Positions 19,692 through 28,733 are shown, counted from the first letter of the stretch. The stretch is 64,000 bases of DNA from an uncultured bacterium (GCA_965662235.1 CBFIGY010000005.1:1-64000), one strand, 5' to 3'. Made by a program: numbers and translations. Notes: generated by a model not told the origin, from the letters alone.

Positions 19692-20060
19692 TCAGCTGGA
19701 GGCTGGCGTTGGCAAGTACTGCTGAACCCCTCCGACCAGGGTGTCCAGTTCCGCCGATTCTAGGAGCGCGGTGCACCCCAGCTCCTTGGCCAATCGGTGC
19801 GCCTCCTCGTTTTCCGGATCCGTGAACCCAATCACCGGCAAGGTGTTCAGGGCCTCTTCCGTCCGGATCAGCCGTAGCATCTCCAGCCCCGTCATCACCT
19901 CTGCCATCAGGTTGAGCACCACCAGCTCCGGCTTGTACATCATCGCGGCTCCCAGCCCCTCCCAGCCGTTGGGCGCATACTCCACGTCACAGCACCCCTC
20001 CAGTTTCTGCTTCAGGGCCAGCATGCGTTCCAGGTTGTGGTCCACATAAAGGATTGACAT
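19692..20060 (-). CDS. Stand-alone atypical response-regulator receiver domain
   Basis: CheY-like pattern ILYVDH...NGWEGL...PELVVLNL...MTGLEMLRLIR...LPVI; SD GGAG before ATG 20060. Confidence 0.8.
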   Translation of the reverse strand: MSILYVDHNLERMLALKQKLEGCCDVEYAPNGWEGLGAAMMYKPELVVLNLMAEVMTGLEMLRLIRTEEALNTLPVIGFTDPENEEAHRLAKELGCTALLESAELDTLVGGVQQYLPTPASS

Positions 20061-20252
20061 GGGAATCTCCTGCAATAGATTGATTTTCTGTTTCCACCCT
20101 GTATAACAGGTTTGGTAGGTGCACTCAGGTTCTGACGCCTGTGCGCTGATTTCAGCAGATTCCGGATCGGTCTGCAATTCCAGATCGACCTGAAGGCGGT
20201 TTTCCTGGAAAAACCTGGCTCCGCAACGTCCCTCAACCCTGAAGAAACAACC

Positions 20253-20750
20253 ATGTCGAACACTTTGCCGAAAATCGCCCTGGACACGGAGCACGGTCGC
20301 CTGGAGGTGGTGCTGTATGAAGCCGATGCGCCCAACGCGGTCGCCAGCTTGCTGGAATTGGCCGAGCAGGGATTTTACACCAGCCAGAAGTTTTTCAGCT
20401 CCGCCCCAGCAATGCGCCTGCACTTCGGACGCAACGCCGCAGGAGAAGGGTGCGGGTACCATGTGGAGCAAGAGCCTTCGCCAAAACACTTGTTTGAAAC
20501 GGCCGGCATGGTCGGCCTGAGCCTTGAGGCAGAGGACAACGGGAGCGAGTTCTTCATTGCACTGGAAGCCCTACCGCACCTCGATGGCGCCACTGCAGTC
20601 GTGGGACAGGTGGTGTCCGGAAACGAGCTACTTCCTCAGCTCAAGGTGGGCTCGGAGCTGCGCTCGGTGAAGATCCTCCGAGAAGGAACGCCCCGGGAGG
20701 TGCAGAAGACGGTGCTCCGCGAACCCAAGATCACCCTCAGTCGACGTTAA
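20253..20750 (+). CDS. Cyclophilin-like protein (degenerate active site)
   Basis: DAPNAVASLLELAEQGFY, NGSEFFI, PHLDG, VVGQVVSG. Confidence 0.8.
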   Translation: MSNTLPKIALDTEHGRLEVVLYEADAPNAVASLLELAEQGFYTSQKFFSSAPAMRLHFGRNAAGEGCGYHVEQEPSPKHLFETAGMVGLSLEAEDNGSEFFIALEALPHLDGATAVVGQVVSGNELLPQLKVGSELRSVKILREGTPREVQKTVLREPKITLSRR

Positions 20751-20755
20751 GCACC

Positions 20756-21817
20756 ATGCCGTTGCGGCTGTTGCTCACAGGCGGGGGCTCAGGTGGCCCC
20801 ACCGCCCCCCTCCTTGCCCTTGCTCGTCACCTTCAAGAAACCCTTCCGGACTCTCCGGAAATCCTCTTCCTCGGCAGTGAAACCGGTCCTGAACGTGCCA
20901 TGGTGGAACGGGCCGGCCTGACCTTTGAGCCGATCCCCTCCGGAAAGCTGCGGCGCTACTGGAGCTGGAACAATGTCACCGACCTCGGACGCATCCTCAA
21001 GGGAGCCTGGCAGGGAGCTCAGTGGCTCCGACGGTTCCGCCCCGATGTGGTGGTCTCTGCCGGGAGCTTTGTGAGCGTCCCGGTTGCCTGGGCGGCGCGC
21101 ACGCTGGGAGTGCCGCAGGTGCTGCTGCAGATGGATGTGCGTCCGGGACTGGCCAACCGACTGATGGCCCCAGCCGCGACCGCACTGGCCCACTACCCTG
21201 ATCCTCTTCAAGGCTTTTCCCGTCCTGCTCGCAAAGTTCGCATCGGCCCTGTGGTCCGCCCAGAAGTCCTCCGGGCATCAGCCGAAGCCGGACGCGCACG
21301 CTTTCACCTCCCTCCGGAACGTCCGGTGCTGGTCGTCACAGGAGGCGGGCAAGGCGCTGTGGGCCTCAACCAGGCGCTGCAGCCCTGGATTCCTCACTGG
21401 ACCAAGACGCATGAAGTCGTGCACCTGACGGGTCCAGGACGCCGCACCGACCTGACGCATCCGGGGTACCAGGCCCTTGAGTTTGTTCATGAAGGCATGG
21501 GCGACCTGCTGGCCTGCGCCGACGTCGTTATGACCCGAGCCGGGATGGGAATTTTGGGAGAGCTGGCGGCCTTGCGCAAGGACACGATTCTTGTGCCATT
21601 GCCCAACTCACATCAGCTGGAAAATGCCTCATGGGTGGCGGATTTCGGTGCCGGGGTTCTGCTGGAGCAGCAGCAACTGGCCGCCGCAGGAGGAGACTGG
21701 TGGGAGGCCTTTCTCCAAAACCGCACTCCCGGAACAACCGGCGCCCGCCTCGCAGAGCTCTTGCCTCCGGGAGGCCTAGAGGCCTTTGCAGCACTGGTCC
21801 TCGAGGAAGCCGCATGA
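20756..21817 (+). CDS. murG: MurG-family UDP-GlcNAc:lipid I transferase (atypical motifs)
   Basis: TGGGSGG, GKLRRY, GSFVSVPV, PGLANR, GGGQGA, RAGMG, HQLENA. Confidence 0.8.
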   Translation: MPLRLLLTGGGSGGPTAPLLALARHLQETLPDSPEILFLGSETGPERAMVERAGLTFEPIPSGKLRRYWSWNNVTDLGRILKGAWQGAQWLRRFRPDVVVSAGSFVSVPVAWAARTLGVPQVLLQMDVRPGLANRLMAPAATALAHYPDPLQGFSRPARKVRIGPVVRPEVLRASAEAGRARFHLPPERPVLVVTGGGQGAVGLNQALQPWIPHWTKTHEVVHLTGPGRRTDLTHPGYQALEFVHEGMGDLLACADVVMTRAGMGILGELAALRKDTILVPLPNSHQLENASWVADFGAGVLLEQQQLAAAGGDWWEAFLQNRTPGTTGARLAELLPPGGLEAFAALVLEEAA

Positions 21818-21939
21818 AGCCCTGGATCGTCTTGATGCTGCTGTTGGTTGGGCTGGCCGGCTGCTCCAGCAAAAGCGGCCCCCTTTTCGATTGGTGTGAA
21901 AAGCGGGACTACCCTCGGCTTTGCGAGAAGTACCTATGA
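21814..21939 (+). CDS. Small lipoprotein, 41 aa
   Basis: MKPWIVLMLLLVGLAG-C lipobox; SD GAGGA; ATGA overlaps with both neighbouring genes. Confidence 0.75.
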   Translation: MKPWIVLMLLLVGLAGCSSKSGPLFDWCEKRDYPRLCEKYL

Positions 21940-22952
21940 CCTCGCCCACTGCCCGCCCTCCTCTTTTGGACGTCAAGGGACTTGAAGTCGCCTTCTTCCT
22001 CCGGCAAGGCGTTGCCCGAGCCATCAATGGCCTCAACCTGACGCTGCACCGAGGGGAAGTGCTGGGCCTGGTGGGAGAGTCGGGGTGTGGCAAGAGTGTG
22101 ACGTCTCTGGCAATCATGCAACTGATTGAGGAACCCGGTAAGATTCTGCAGGGGCAGGTGCTCCTAGAAGGGGAAGACCTGTTGCAGTTGAGCAAGCGGC
22201 AGATGCGGCAGGTGCGGGGCAACCGCATCGCAATGATCTTCCAAGACCCGATGACCGGCCTCAATCCGGTGCTCTCGATTGGTACCCAGATGATGGAGCC
22301 TCTGCGATTGCACCAGAAGCTCAGCTCCTCCGCTGCTGAAGAACAAGCCGTTCACTGGCTTCAGGAGGTCGGGCTCCCAAATCCGGGGGCACAGCTCCGA
22401 CGGTTTCCCCATGAGCTGAGCGGGGGAATGCGTCAGCGGGTGATGATTGCCATGGCCCTTGCCTGCGAGCCAGATCTGCTCATTGCCGATGAACCCACCA
22501 CCGCCCTTGATGTCACCATTCAGGCGCAGATTCTGGAGCTGATGCAGGACCTTCAGCAGAAGTACGGGACCGCGATCTTGATGATCACCCATGACCTTGG
22601 GGTGATTGCAGAAATGGCCGACCGGGTGGCCGTCATGTACGCGGGAGATGTCGTCGAGGAGGCTGAGGTGGAGGAGCTCTTTGATCACCCTCAGCATCCC
22701 TACACGCAGGGGTTGCTGCAGGCGATTCCGTCTGCCCAGCACCACTGGGAGGAGCAGCAGCGGCTGTACAACATTCCGGGAACCGTGCCGACGCTGCTGG
22801 AGTTGCCCTTTGGCTGTCGTTTTCAGGACCGCTGTCCACGGAGGCAGCCGACCTGTCAAGCCGCCTTACCTCCGCTGGAAGGCTCTGCTGAGCACAGCGT
22901 CCGGTGTCTGTTTCCCGGCGATCAAGCGCCCCAGAAGGCGTCTCCTTCCTGA
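21936..22952 (+). CDS. Oligopeptide/dipeptide ABC ATP-binding protein (OppD/DppD-like), orphan
   Basis: GESGCGKS, MIFQDPM, LSGGMRQRV, HPYTQGLL, GCRFQDRC. Confidence 0.92.
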   Translation: MTSPTARPPLLDVKGLEVAFFLRQGVARAINGLNLTLHRGEVLGLVGESGCGKSVTSLAIMQLIEEPGKILQGQVLLEGEDLLQLSKRQMRQVRGNRIAMIFQDPMTGLNPVLSIGTQMMEPLRLHQKLSSSAAEEQAVHWLQEVGLPNPGAQLRRFPHELSGGMRQRVMIAMALACEPDLLIADEPTTALDVTIQAQILELMQDLQQKYGTAILMITHDLGVIAEMADRVAVMYAGDVVEEAEVEELFDHPQHPYTQGLLQAIPSAQHHWEEQQRLYNIPGTVPTLLELPFGCRFQDRCPRRQPTCQAALPPLEGSAEHSVRCLFPGDQAPQKASPS

Positions 22953-24121
22953 AGGTAGTTGCGGGCCAGGACCATCTTGTGGACCTCAGAGGCGCCATCA
23001 ACCAGCCGTGCCTGCCGGGCATAACGGTAGATCCACTCCAGCACGGTGTCCTTTGAGTAGCCCCGCGCGCCACACAGCTGAATGGCCGTGTCCACTGCGT
23101 GGTGCAGCGTATCTGCAACAGCGATCTTGGCCATGGCTACTTCCTTACGGGCAAAGTCTCCCTGGTCGAGCTTCCAGGCGGCGTTCCGCGTCAGCAACCG
23201 CCCCACCTGAATCTGCATCGCGGCTTCTCCCAGCATCCACTGCACGCCCTCGTGTTCCGCCAGCGTGTGCCCAAAGGCCTCTCGTTCCTGAATGTAGTCC
23301 CGGGCAATTTCCAGAGACCGTTTGGCGAGCCCAAGCCACCGCATGCAGTGGGTCAGACGGGCGGTTCCCAAGCGAATCTGTGTCGCCTTCAATCCGTCTC
23401 CGACCTCCATGAGGCGGTTTTCATCTGGAATCCGGAGGCCGTCAAACTGAAGCTCGCAGTGCCCGCCGTGCTCCTCTGGTCCCAGAATAGGAATGCGACG
23501 GACAATTTCCCAGCCCGGATCATCCCGGTCAAACAGGAATGCCGTCAGCCCCTTGCGTGGGTGATCAGAGGTCCGTGCAATGAGGATGAAGTGCTGAGCC
23601 ACTCCTGCACCCGTGATGTACCACTTTCGCCCCTGAATGACCCACTCGTTTCCCTCACGCGTGGCGGTGGTCCGCATGGCTCCGGCAGGATCAGATCCGG
23701 CTCCAGGTGCAGGCTCGGTCATGGCAAAGGACGAGCGCACCGTTCCATCGATGATCGGCTGCAGCCACCGTTCCTTCTGCGCCTCCGTGCCCACACGCTC
23801 CAGCAGGATCATGTTTCCATCGTCAGGAGCCGCACAGTTAAAGACCACCGGCCCAAACAGGCTCCGGTTCATGGCTTCGTAGCACACGGCCATGGAGGAG
23901 ATGGAAAGCCCCTGCCCACCACGAGACGACGGCATCTGCAGGGCCCACAGTCCTGACTCTCGGGCAAGGGTCCGGAGCCGCGTCAGGTGAGGTTCCGCCA
24001 GATTTTCACCCTCATCATAAGCCTCAGGCTGCACCTCTAGAGGAAGAAGATGAGTCTCGACAAACGCGTGCAGGCGTTGAACAAGGTCAGCCGTGGGGGG
24101 GTCTATTGAAAAATCAGGCAT
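22922..24121 (-). CDS. Acyl-CoA dehydrogenase
   Basis: NCAAPDDGNM, FAMTEP...GSD, GRKWYITGA, RLVDGASEVH. Confidence 0.93.
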   Translation of the reverse strand: MPDFSIDPPTADLVQRLHAFVETHLLPLEVQPEAYDEGENLAEPHLTRLRTLARESGLWALQMPSSRGGQGLSISSMAVCYEAMNRSLFGPVVFNCAAPDDGNMILLERVGTEAQKERWLQPIIDGTVRSSFAMTEPAPGAGSDPAGAMRTTATREGNEWVIQGRKWYITGAGVAQHFILIARTSDHPRKGLTAFLFDRDDPGWEIVRRIPILGPEEHGGHCELQFDGLRIPDENRLMEVGDGLKATQIRLGTARLTHCMRWLGLAKRSLEIARDYIQEREAFGHTLAEHEGVQWMLGEAAMQIQVGRLLTRNAAWKLDQGDFARKEVAMAKIAVADTLHHAVDTAIQLCGARGYSKDTVLEWIYRYARQARLVDGASEVHKMVLARNYLQEGDAFWGA

Positions 24122-24151
24122 GGAATCTCCTTGGTCTGAAATGACTAAAAT

Positions 24152-24170
24152 TGTACAAAAATTTTGTACA
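24152..24170. promoter_or_regulatory. Palindromic operator upstream of acyl-CoA dehydrogenase
   Basis: TGTACAAAA-A-TTTTGTACA, a perfect 9-bp inverted repeat 30 nt upstream of the start codon. Confidence 0.65.
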
Positions 24171-24342
24171 GTGAGTGCCGGAGGGACTCAAACCAAAAAC
24201 ACTTTAAAGGAAAAAGGGGTTTGCATTGACAATCGACCGGTAAACCGGTAAAAAGGATGCTTTGGCCAAATCCGAAATGTCTCCTTGGTCCCCGGCCCAG
24301 GCTTACCGGAATTTCCTCAACCGCTCACTCGACTCTAAAATC

Positions 24343-25137
24343 ATGCGAAAATCGCTTATCCTGATTTACCTTCTCATGGCCATCAGCCTTGTCGTCACCG
24401 GCTGTGCCAAGAAGTCAGCTGAAGTTGCTCCCCCTGAAGAGGAGCAGACGGAAGAAGTCGCTGCAGAAGCCAAAACAGAGGCTGAAAACATTGTTGCGCA
24501 GGTAGAGGAAGCGGTCAAAGCACCGGAACCTGCTCCGCAGCCAGCTCCTCCGGCACCCAAGCCGGCACCGCAGCCTGAGCCCAAGCCAGCCCCGCAGCCT
24601 GAGCCTCCTACCCGCTCAGTGGAACAGACCCAAACGGCAGTCAAGGAAACCGTACAGAACCTGATTGAGACGGCGCCCACCGCAGAAGCTCAGGAAGAAG
24701 CCGAGCAGCTGATGGCTCGTGTGGACGACGCCCCGGCTGAGGTCCTCCCTCCTCGTGAGCCAGCGGTCATTCTGGCTGCACCCGTGGAAGAGCCTTCCAT
24801 GAATATGGCCGATCTGGAAGTCGTGTACTTCGACTACGACAAGAGTGAGCTGCGCCCCGAATTTGAAGCCACCATCCGCCGCAACTTCGCATGGATGCAG
24901 GAAAATCCAGGAGTCCGCATTCAGCTGGAGGGACACTGTGACGAGCGCGGTACCAACGAGTACAACCTCGCCCTTGGAGAGCGCCGAGCGCGAGCCGTTT
25001 ACGACTACTTGGTTCGCTTGGGAGCCAGCCCGCAGCAACTGACCATGATCAGCTTTGGGGAGGAGCGTCCCGTCGCTTCCGGCAGCAACGAATCCGCTTG
25101 GTCCCAGAACCGACGGGTTGAGTTCACCCGCCTCTAA
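24343..25137 (+). CDS. pal: Peptidoglycan-associated lipoprotein with a long Pro/Glu-rich linker
   Basis: Lipobox VTGC; C-terminal YFDYDKS, EGHCDERGTNEYNLALGERRA, SFGEERP, NRRVE. Confidence 0.9.
   Translation: MRKSLILIYLLMAISLVVTGCAKKSAEVAPPEEEQTEEVAAEAKTEAENIVAQVEEAVKAPEPAPQPAPPAPKPAPQPEPKPAPQPEPPTRSVEQTQTAVKETVQNLIETAPTAEAQEEAEQLMARVDDAPAEVLPPREPAVILAAPVEEPSMNMADLEVVYFDYDKSELRPEFEATIRRNFAWMQENPGVRIQLEGHCDERGTNEYNLALGERRARAVYDYLVRLGASPQQLTMISFGEERPVASGSNESAWSQNRRVEFTRL
24556..24603 (+). repeat. 24-bp tandem duplication encoding PKPAPQPE twice
   Basis: CCCAAGCCxGCxCCGCAGCCTGAG repeated in tandem. Confidence 0.8.
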
Positions 25138-25166
25138 TCTGACGTCACGGCACCTCCCAACACGCA

Positions 25167-25892
25167 ATGTCTGAGTTAATCGAAGACCATGGTCTTGTGG
25201 GGATGGTGCTCGGAGGCAGCATCATGGGGCAGATCATTCTGCTCCTGTTGCTGCTCCTCTCCTGCCTTTCTTGGGCAATCATCATCCGCAAATCCCGTCA
25301 GCTTCGTCGCATTCAGCAAGGCAATCTCTTCTTCTGGGAAGCCTTTGAGCACGACACCCGGATGAAGGAAATCATCCACCAGGTCAAGGAGCTTCCGGAG
25401 TCTCCCTTTCTTTCCATCTTTGAGAGTACCTATCAGGAAGCCGTCGAGTCGTCTCGTCGGGCACGTGAAAAGGGAATTGGCCCCACCATGCTGCCGCACA
25501 TCACGGTGCGCCTGCAGCGTCTGACCGACCGAGGCATCCTCGAACAGGTTTCAATGCTGGAGCAGCAGCTCAACCTGCTGGCCACCATTTCCAGCGCCTC
25601 TCCGTTCATTGGGCTCTTTGGAACCGTCTTGGGCATCATCGATTCCTTCCAAAGCATCGGGGTCACCGGAGTAACCAGCTTGGCCGCAGTCGCTCCCGGA
25701 ATCTCAGAAGCCCTGATTGCCACGGCCGCCGGCCTGCTGGCCGCCATTCCCGCCCTGATGGGATACAACCACTACCGCAACCGAGTCCGGCTCATGAGCA
25801 ACGCCATGCGGGACTTCGGCTCGGAGCTTTCCAACCGCTTGGAATGGATCCTTCATGAGCAGCTCGCCGTTTCAAGAGAACGAGTCTCTTAG
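25167..25892 (+). CDS. tolQ: TolQ/ExbB proton-channel protein
   Basis: SPFIGLFGTVLGI, VAPGISEALIATAAGL. Confidence 0.88.
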   Translation: MSELIEDHGLVGMVLGGSIMGQIILLLLLLLSCLSWAIIIRKSRQLRRIQQGNLFFWEAFEHDTRMKEIIHQVKELPESPFLSIFESTYQEAVESSRRAREKGIGPTMLPHITVRLQRLTDRGILEQVSMLEQQLNLLATISSASPFIGLFGTVLGIIDSFQSIGVTGVTSLAAVAPGISEALIATAAGLLAAIPALMGYNHYRNRVRLMSNAMRDFGSELSNRLEWILHEQLAVSRERVS

Positions 25893-26295
25893 TGAAATCA
25901 ACGTCACCCCGTTCGTCGACGTGCTTCTCGTGCTGTTGGTGATCTTCATGGTGACGGCCCCCATCATCAACCACGCCATTCAGGTGGACCTGCCTCAGGA
26001 TCAGTTCAGCCAGGACAAGGTGAAGCCGATGGAGGAGCCCCTACGGGTGGTCGTGGACAAGGAAGGGGTGCTGTATCTGGGGGACACCGAGATTGGACCC
26101 AGCGGCGACGAGGAAAGTCAGCGCGTTTTTCAGGAACGGGTCCGGAGCTGGACCGCACAGGAAAAGGAACCGTGGCAGGTCGATCTGGAGGCAGATGAGA
26201 ACGCACGCTATGGCGCGCTGGTTCCCGTGATTGCGAGGCTGAAGGAGCTGGGCGTGAGCCTCAACCTCGTCATTCAGCCTCAGGCAAAGCGCTAG
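25855..26295 (+). CDS. tolR: TolR/ExbD protein
   Basis: EINVTPFVDVLLVLLVIFMVTAP, with the conserved TM Asp. Confidence 0.88.
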   Translation: MSSSPFQENESLSEINVTPFVDVLLVLLVIFMVTAPIINHAIQVDLPQDQFSQDKVKPMEEPLRVVVDKEGVLYLGDTEIGPSGDEESQRVFQERVRSWTAQEKEPWQVDLEADENARYGALVPVIARLKELGVSLNLVIQPQAKR

Positions 26296-26300
26296 GCAGC

Positions 26301-26492
26301 TTAGCTGGCTTCTCGCTCAGTCGCCGGCTTTTCTTCGGTGGAGCCATCAATCTGCTCCTTGGCCCGCGCCTTCTTAAAGTTGGTGATCATGGAACCCAAG
26401 CCGTCTCCAATCATGGGAAGACGCTTTGCCCCGAAAAGCAGGACAACAATTCCGAGGATGACAAGTAATTCCGGCAGTCCAAGACCAAACAT
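26301..26492 (-). CDS. tatA: Twin-arginine translocase TatA/E
   Basis: [13 protein letters not shown]...LLFGAKRLP...G...NFKK. Confidence 0.93.
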   Translation of the reverse strand: MFGLGLPELLVILGIVVLLFGAKRLPMIGDGLGSMITNFKKARAKEQIDGSTEEKPATEREAS

Positions 26493-26605
26493 AATTCTCC
26501 AAAAATGACAGGGTCAACGGTGAAGTCGAAAGCAGCAATTAAATCCAGTTTCCGTCCGAGTTGCAAGGGGGAAACGAATTGGTCCCCAGAAAGAGGAGTC
26601 CACGC

Positions 26606-26905
26606 GTGAACGACCTGGTTCCCCAAAAAAACGAACCCGATGCGGAAAATCTTGTGGAACGCCTCCGCTTTGTGATGGATGTTCCGCAAACCCTGGAAGT
26701 GGAAATCGGCCGGGCCGAGGTTCCGCTCCGGGAAGTGATGTCCTGGAAATCCGGAAGCCTGGTGGACTTGGACAAGGTTGCAGGAGAGCCCGTGGAGGTC
26801 CTCGCTGGTGACCGACTCATTGCCCGCGGAGAGGTGGTGGTGGTCAACGATCACTTCGGGGTGCGGATCACGGAGATCACCCACCCCGATGAACGCAAGC
26901 GCTAG
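26606..26905 (+). CDS. fliN: Flagellar motor switch protein FliN (orphan)
   Basis: VEIGRAEVPL, LDKVAGEPVEV, IARGEVVVVNDHFGVRITEI; SD GAGGAG before GTG 26606. Confidence 0.88.
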   Translation: MNDLVPQKNEPDAENLVERLRFVMDVPQTLEVEIGRAEVPLREVMSWKSGSLVDLDKVAGEPVEVLAGDRLIARGEVVVVNDHFGVRITEITHPDERKR

Positions 26906-28182
26906 TCCTGTAGCGCAACCCGGAACGCCGCCGCCGTCTTCTCTAGGTCTGCTTCGCTGTGGGTTGTGGAGAGGAAGAGTGACTCAAATGCCGAGGGAGC
27001 GAGGTAAATGCCTTGTTCCAGCATCTTCCGGAAGAACGTCGAGAACCGCTTCGTGTCGGTTTGAAGGGCGTCTTGGTAGTTCCGGACCGGTTTTTCGGAA
27101 AAGAAGAACCCAAACATTCCTCCCATGGCACACGTCTGCACCGGGACCCCCGCCTGCTGACACGCGTCCTGCAGCTCACTGAGGAGCCAGTTGGTCTTGC
27201 GGGCTAGGTCCGGATAGGGGTTGAGTTCCTTGAGCTGCCGCAGCATCGCACTTCCCGCTGCCACGGCTAGGGGGTTGCCAGACAGGGTTCCAGCCTGGTA
27301 AACCGGACCCGACGGTGCCACCACCGACATGATGTCCTGCCGTCCTCCATACGCGCCCACCGGAAGCCCTCCGCCAATGACCTTCCCAAATGTTGTCAGG
27401 TCCGGCATGATGCCCAGCAGCGCCTGAGCGCCTCCGAAATCCACACGGAATCCGCTCATGACCTCATCAAAGATCAGCACAATGCCTTCGCGGTCACAGA
27501 GCTCTCGCAGGCCCTGGAGGAAGCGGTGCTCCGGTTGCAGCATCCCCATGTTTCCGGGAACCGGCTCCAGGATGATGGCAGCGACCTCTCCCGGATGCGA
27601 ATCCACTGCATCAGCCACCGACTCCAGGTTGTTGAACTCTGCCAGCAGCGTGTGTTCCGTGTACTCCTTGGGCACCCCAGGCGAGTCCGGAAGCCCCAGG
27701 GTCATTGCTCCTGAGCCGGCTTTGACGAGCAGCGAATCGACGCTCCCGTGGTAGCAGCCTTCAAACTTGAGGACCTTGTCACGACCGGTGTAGCCCCGGG
27801 CCACCCGCAAGGCGCCCATGGTGGCTTCGGTTCCCGAATTGACCAGCCGCACCATCTCAACGCTGGGAACCGCGTCACAGATCTGCTCGGCAATTGTGAT
27901 CTCTCCCGGAGTCGGCGCACCAAAGGAGGTCCCGAACTGCAGGGCCTCTTGGACGGCTTGGGTGACCTCCGGGTTGCAGTGCCCCAGCAGCATGGGGCCC
28001 CAGGAGCCGATGTAGTCGATGAACTCGTTTCCGTCAACGTCATACAGCTTGGAGCCAGAAGCGCGCTGGATGAACAACGGCTTTCCTCCAACGGCCCGGA
28101 AGGCGCGGACCGGACTGTTGACGCCTCCGGGAATGCGTTGCTGAGCGCGGAGGAAAAGTTCGGAAGAGTGCTGAATCTGCAT
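26902..28182 (-). CDS. hemL: Glutamate-1-semialdehyde 2,1-aminomutase
   Basis: IPGGVNSPVRAF, NSGTEA, FDEVMSGFR, GKVIGGGLPVG, YQAGTLSGNP. Confidence 0.97.
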   Translation of the reverse strand: MQIQHSSELFLRAQQRIPGGVNSPVRAFRAVGGKPLFIQRASGSKLYDVDGNEFIDYIGSWGPMLLGHCNPEVTQAVQEALQFGTSFGAPTPGEITIAEQICDAVPSVEMVRLVNSGTEATMGALRVARGYTGRDKVLKFEGCYHGSVDSLLVKAGSGAMTLGLPDSPGVPKEYTEHTLLAEFNNLESVADAVDSHPGEVAAIILEPVPGNMGMLQPEHRFLQGLRELCDREGIVLIFDEVMSGFRVDFGGAQALLGIMPDLTTFGKVIGGGLPVGAYGGRQDIMSVVAPSGPVYQAGTLSGNPLAVAAGSAMLRQLKELNPYPDLARKTNWLLSELQDACQQAGVPVQTCAMGGMFGFFFSEKPVRNYQDALQTDTKRFSTFFRKMLEQGIYLAPSAFESLFLSTTHSEADLEKTAAAFRVALQD

Positions 28183-28299
28183 GCGAGGTCTCTCGTGGTG
28201 GCAGGGTTGTTGAACAATTTGAGTCATTAAGGCGGCCTCAGTCTTGGGAACACGCCCAGACTTGTCAAGTTAACTCACCCTCGGTGGAATGGCAAAACC

Positions 28300-28614
28300 A
28301 TGCGATTGATTCTGATCCTCCTCAGTGCCGGACTCCTTGGAGCCTGCAGCAGCAACACGGACCACTTGTTCCGCAGCACCTTCGACCCAAGCTACGAGGT
28401 GGCGGACAAAGGGGGGCTGGATGCCACCGTCCGGGGACGCGCCTGTGCCCTTGATCCGGCAGACGCCCGACGCGCGGCAGAAAACACCGCTGCCTTCCAC
28501 CTCCGGAGTGTCGTGGGCAACGAGCGGTACCTGCCCCGTTTCAAGGAAATTGGACGCAGTTCTTCTGGAGGACAAACCTGTGTGGAGGTTCTTGCCACCC
28601 CGCAGGTTCCGTAA
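28300..28614 (+). CDS. Uncharacterised lipoprotein
   Basis: Lipobox LLGAC; 104 aa with two further Cys. Confidence 0.7.
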   Translation: MRLILILLSAGLLGACSSNTDHLFRSTFDPSYEVADKGGLDATVRGRACALDPADARRAAENTAAFHLRSVVGNERYLPRFKEIGRSSSGGQTCVEVLATPQVP

Positions 28615-28733
28615 ACGTCGGAGCCTTGCTCTTTCCCAATCGGGTCGTTATTCTTCTACTTTGACTAACATTTCTCAAACGATCCGTCCTTACTTCATCA
28701 TTCCTTGCGACTTCAAGATCTACGGAGACTCGG

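Noticed and set aside
19692..20489. 265-aa version of the receiver ORF
   Set aside because: The upstream extension overlaps the cyclophilin gene on the other strand; the SD supports ATG 20060.
22922..22952. 31-bp 3' overlap of convergent oppD-like and acyl-CoA dehydrogenase genes
   Set aside because: Short convergent overlaps are common and both proteins look complete.
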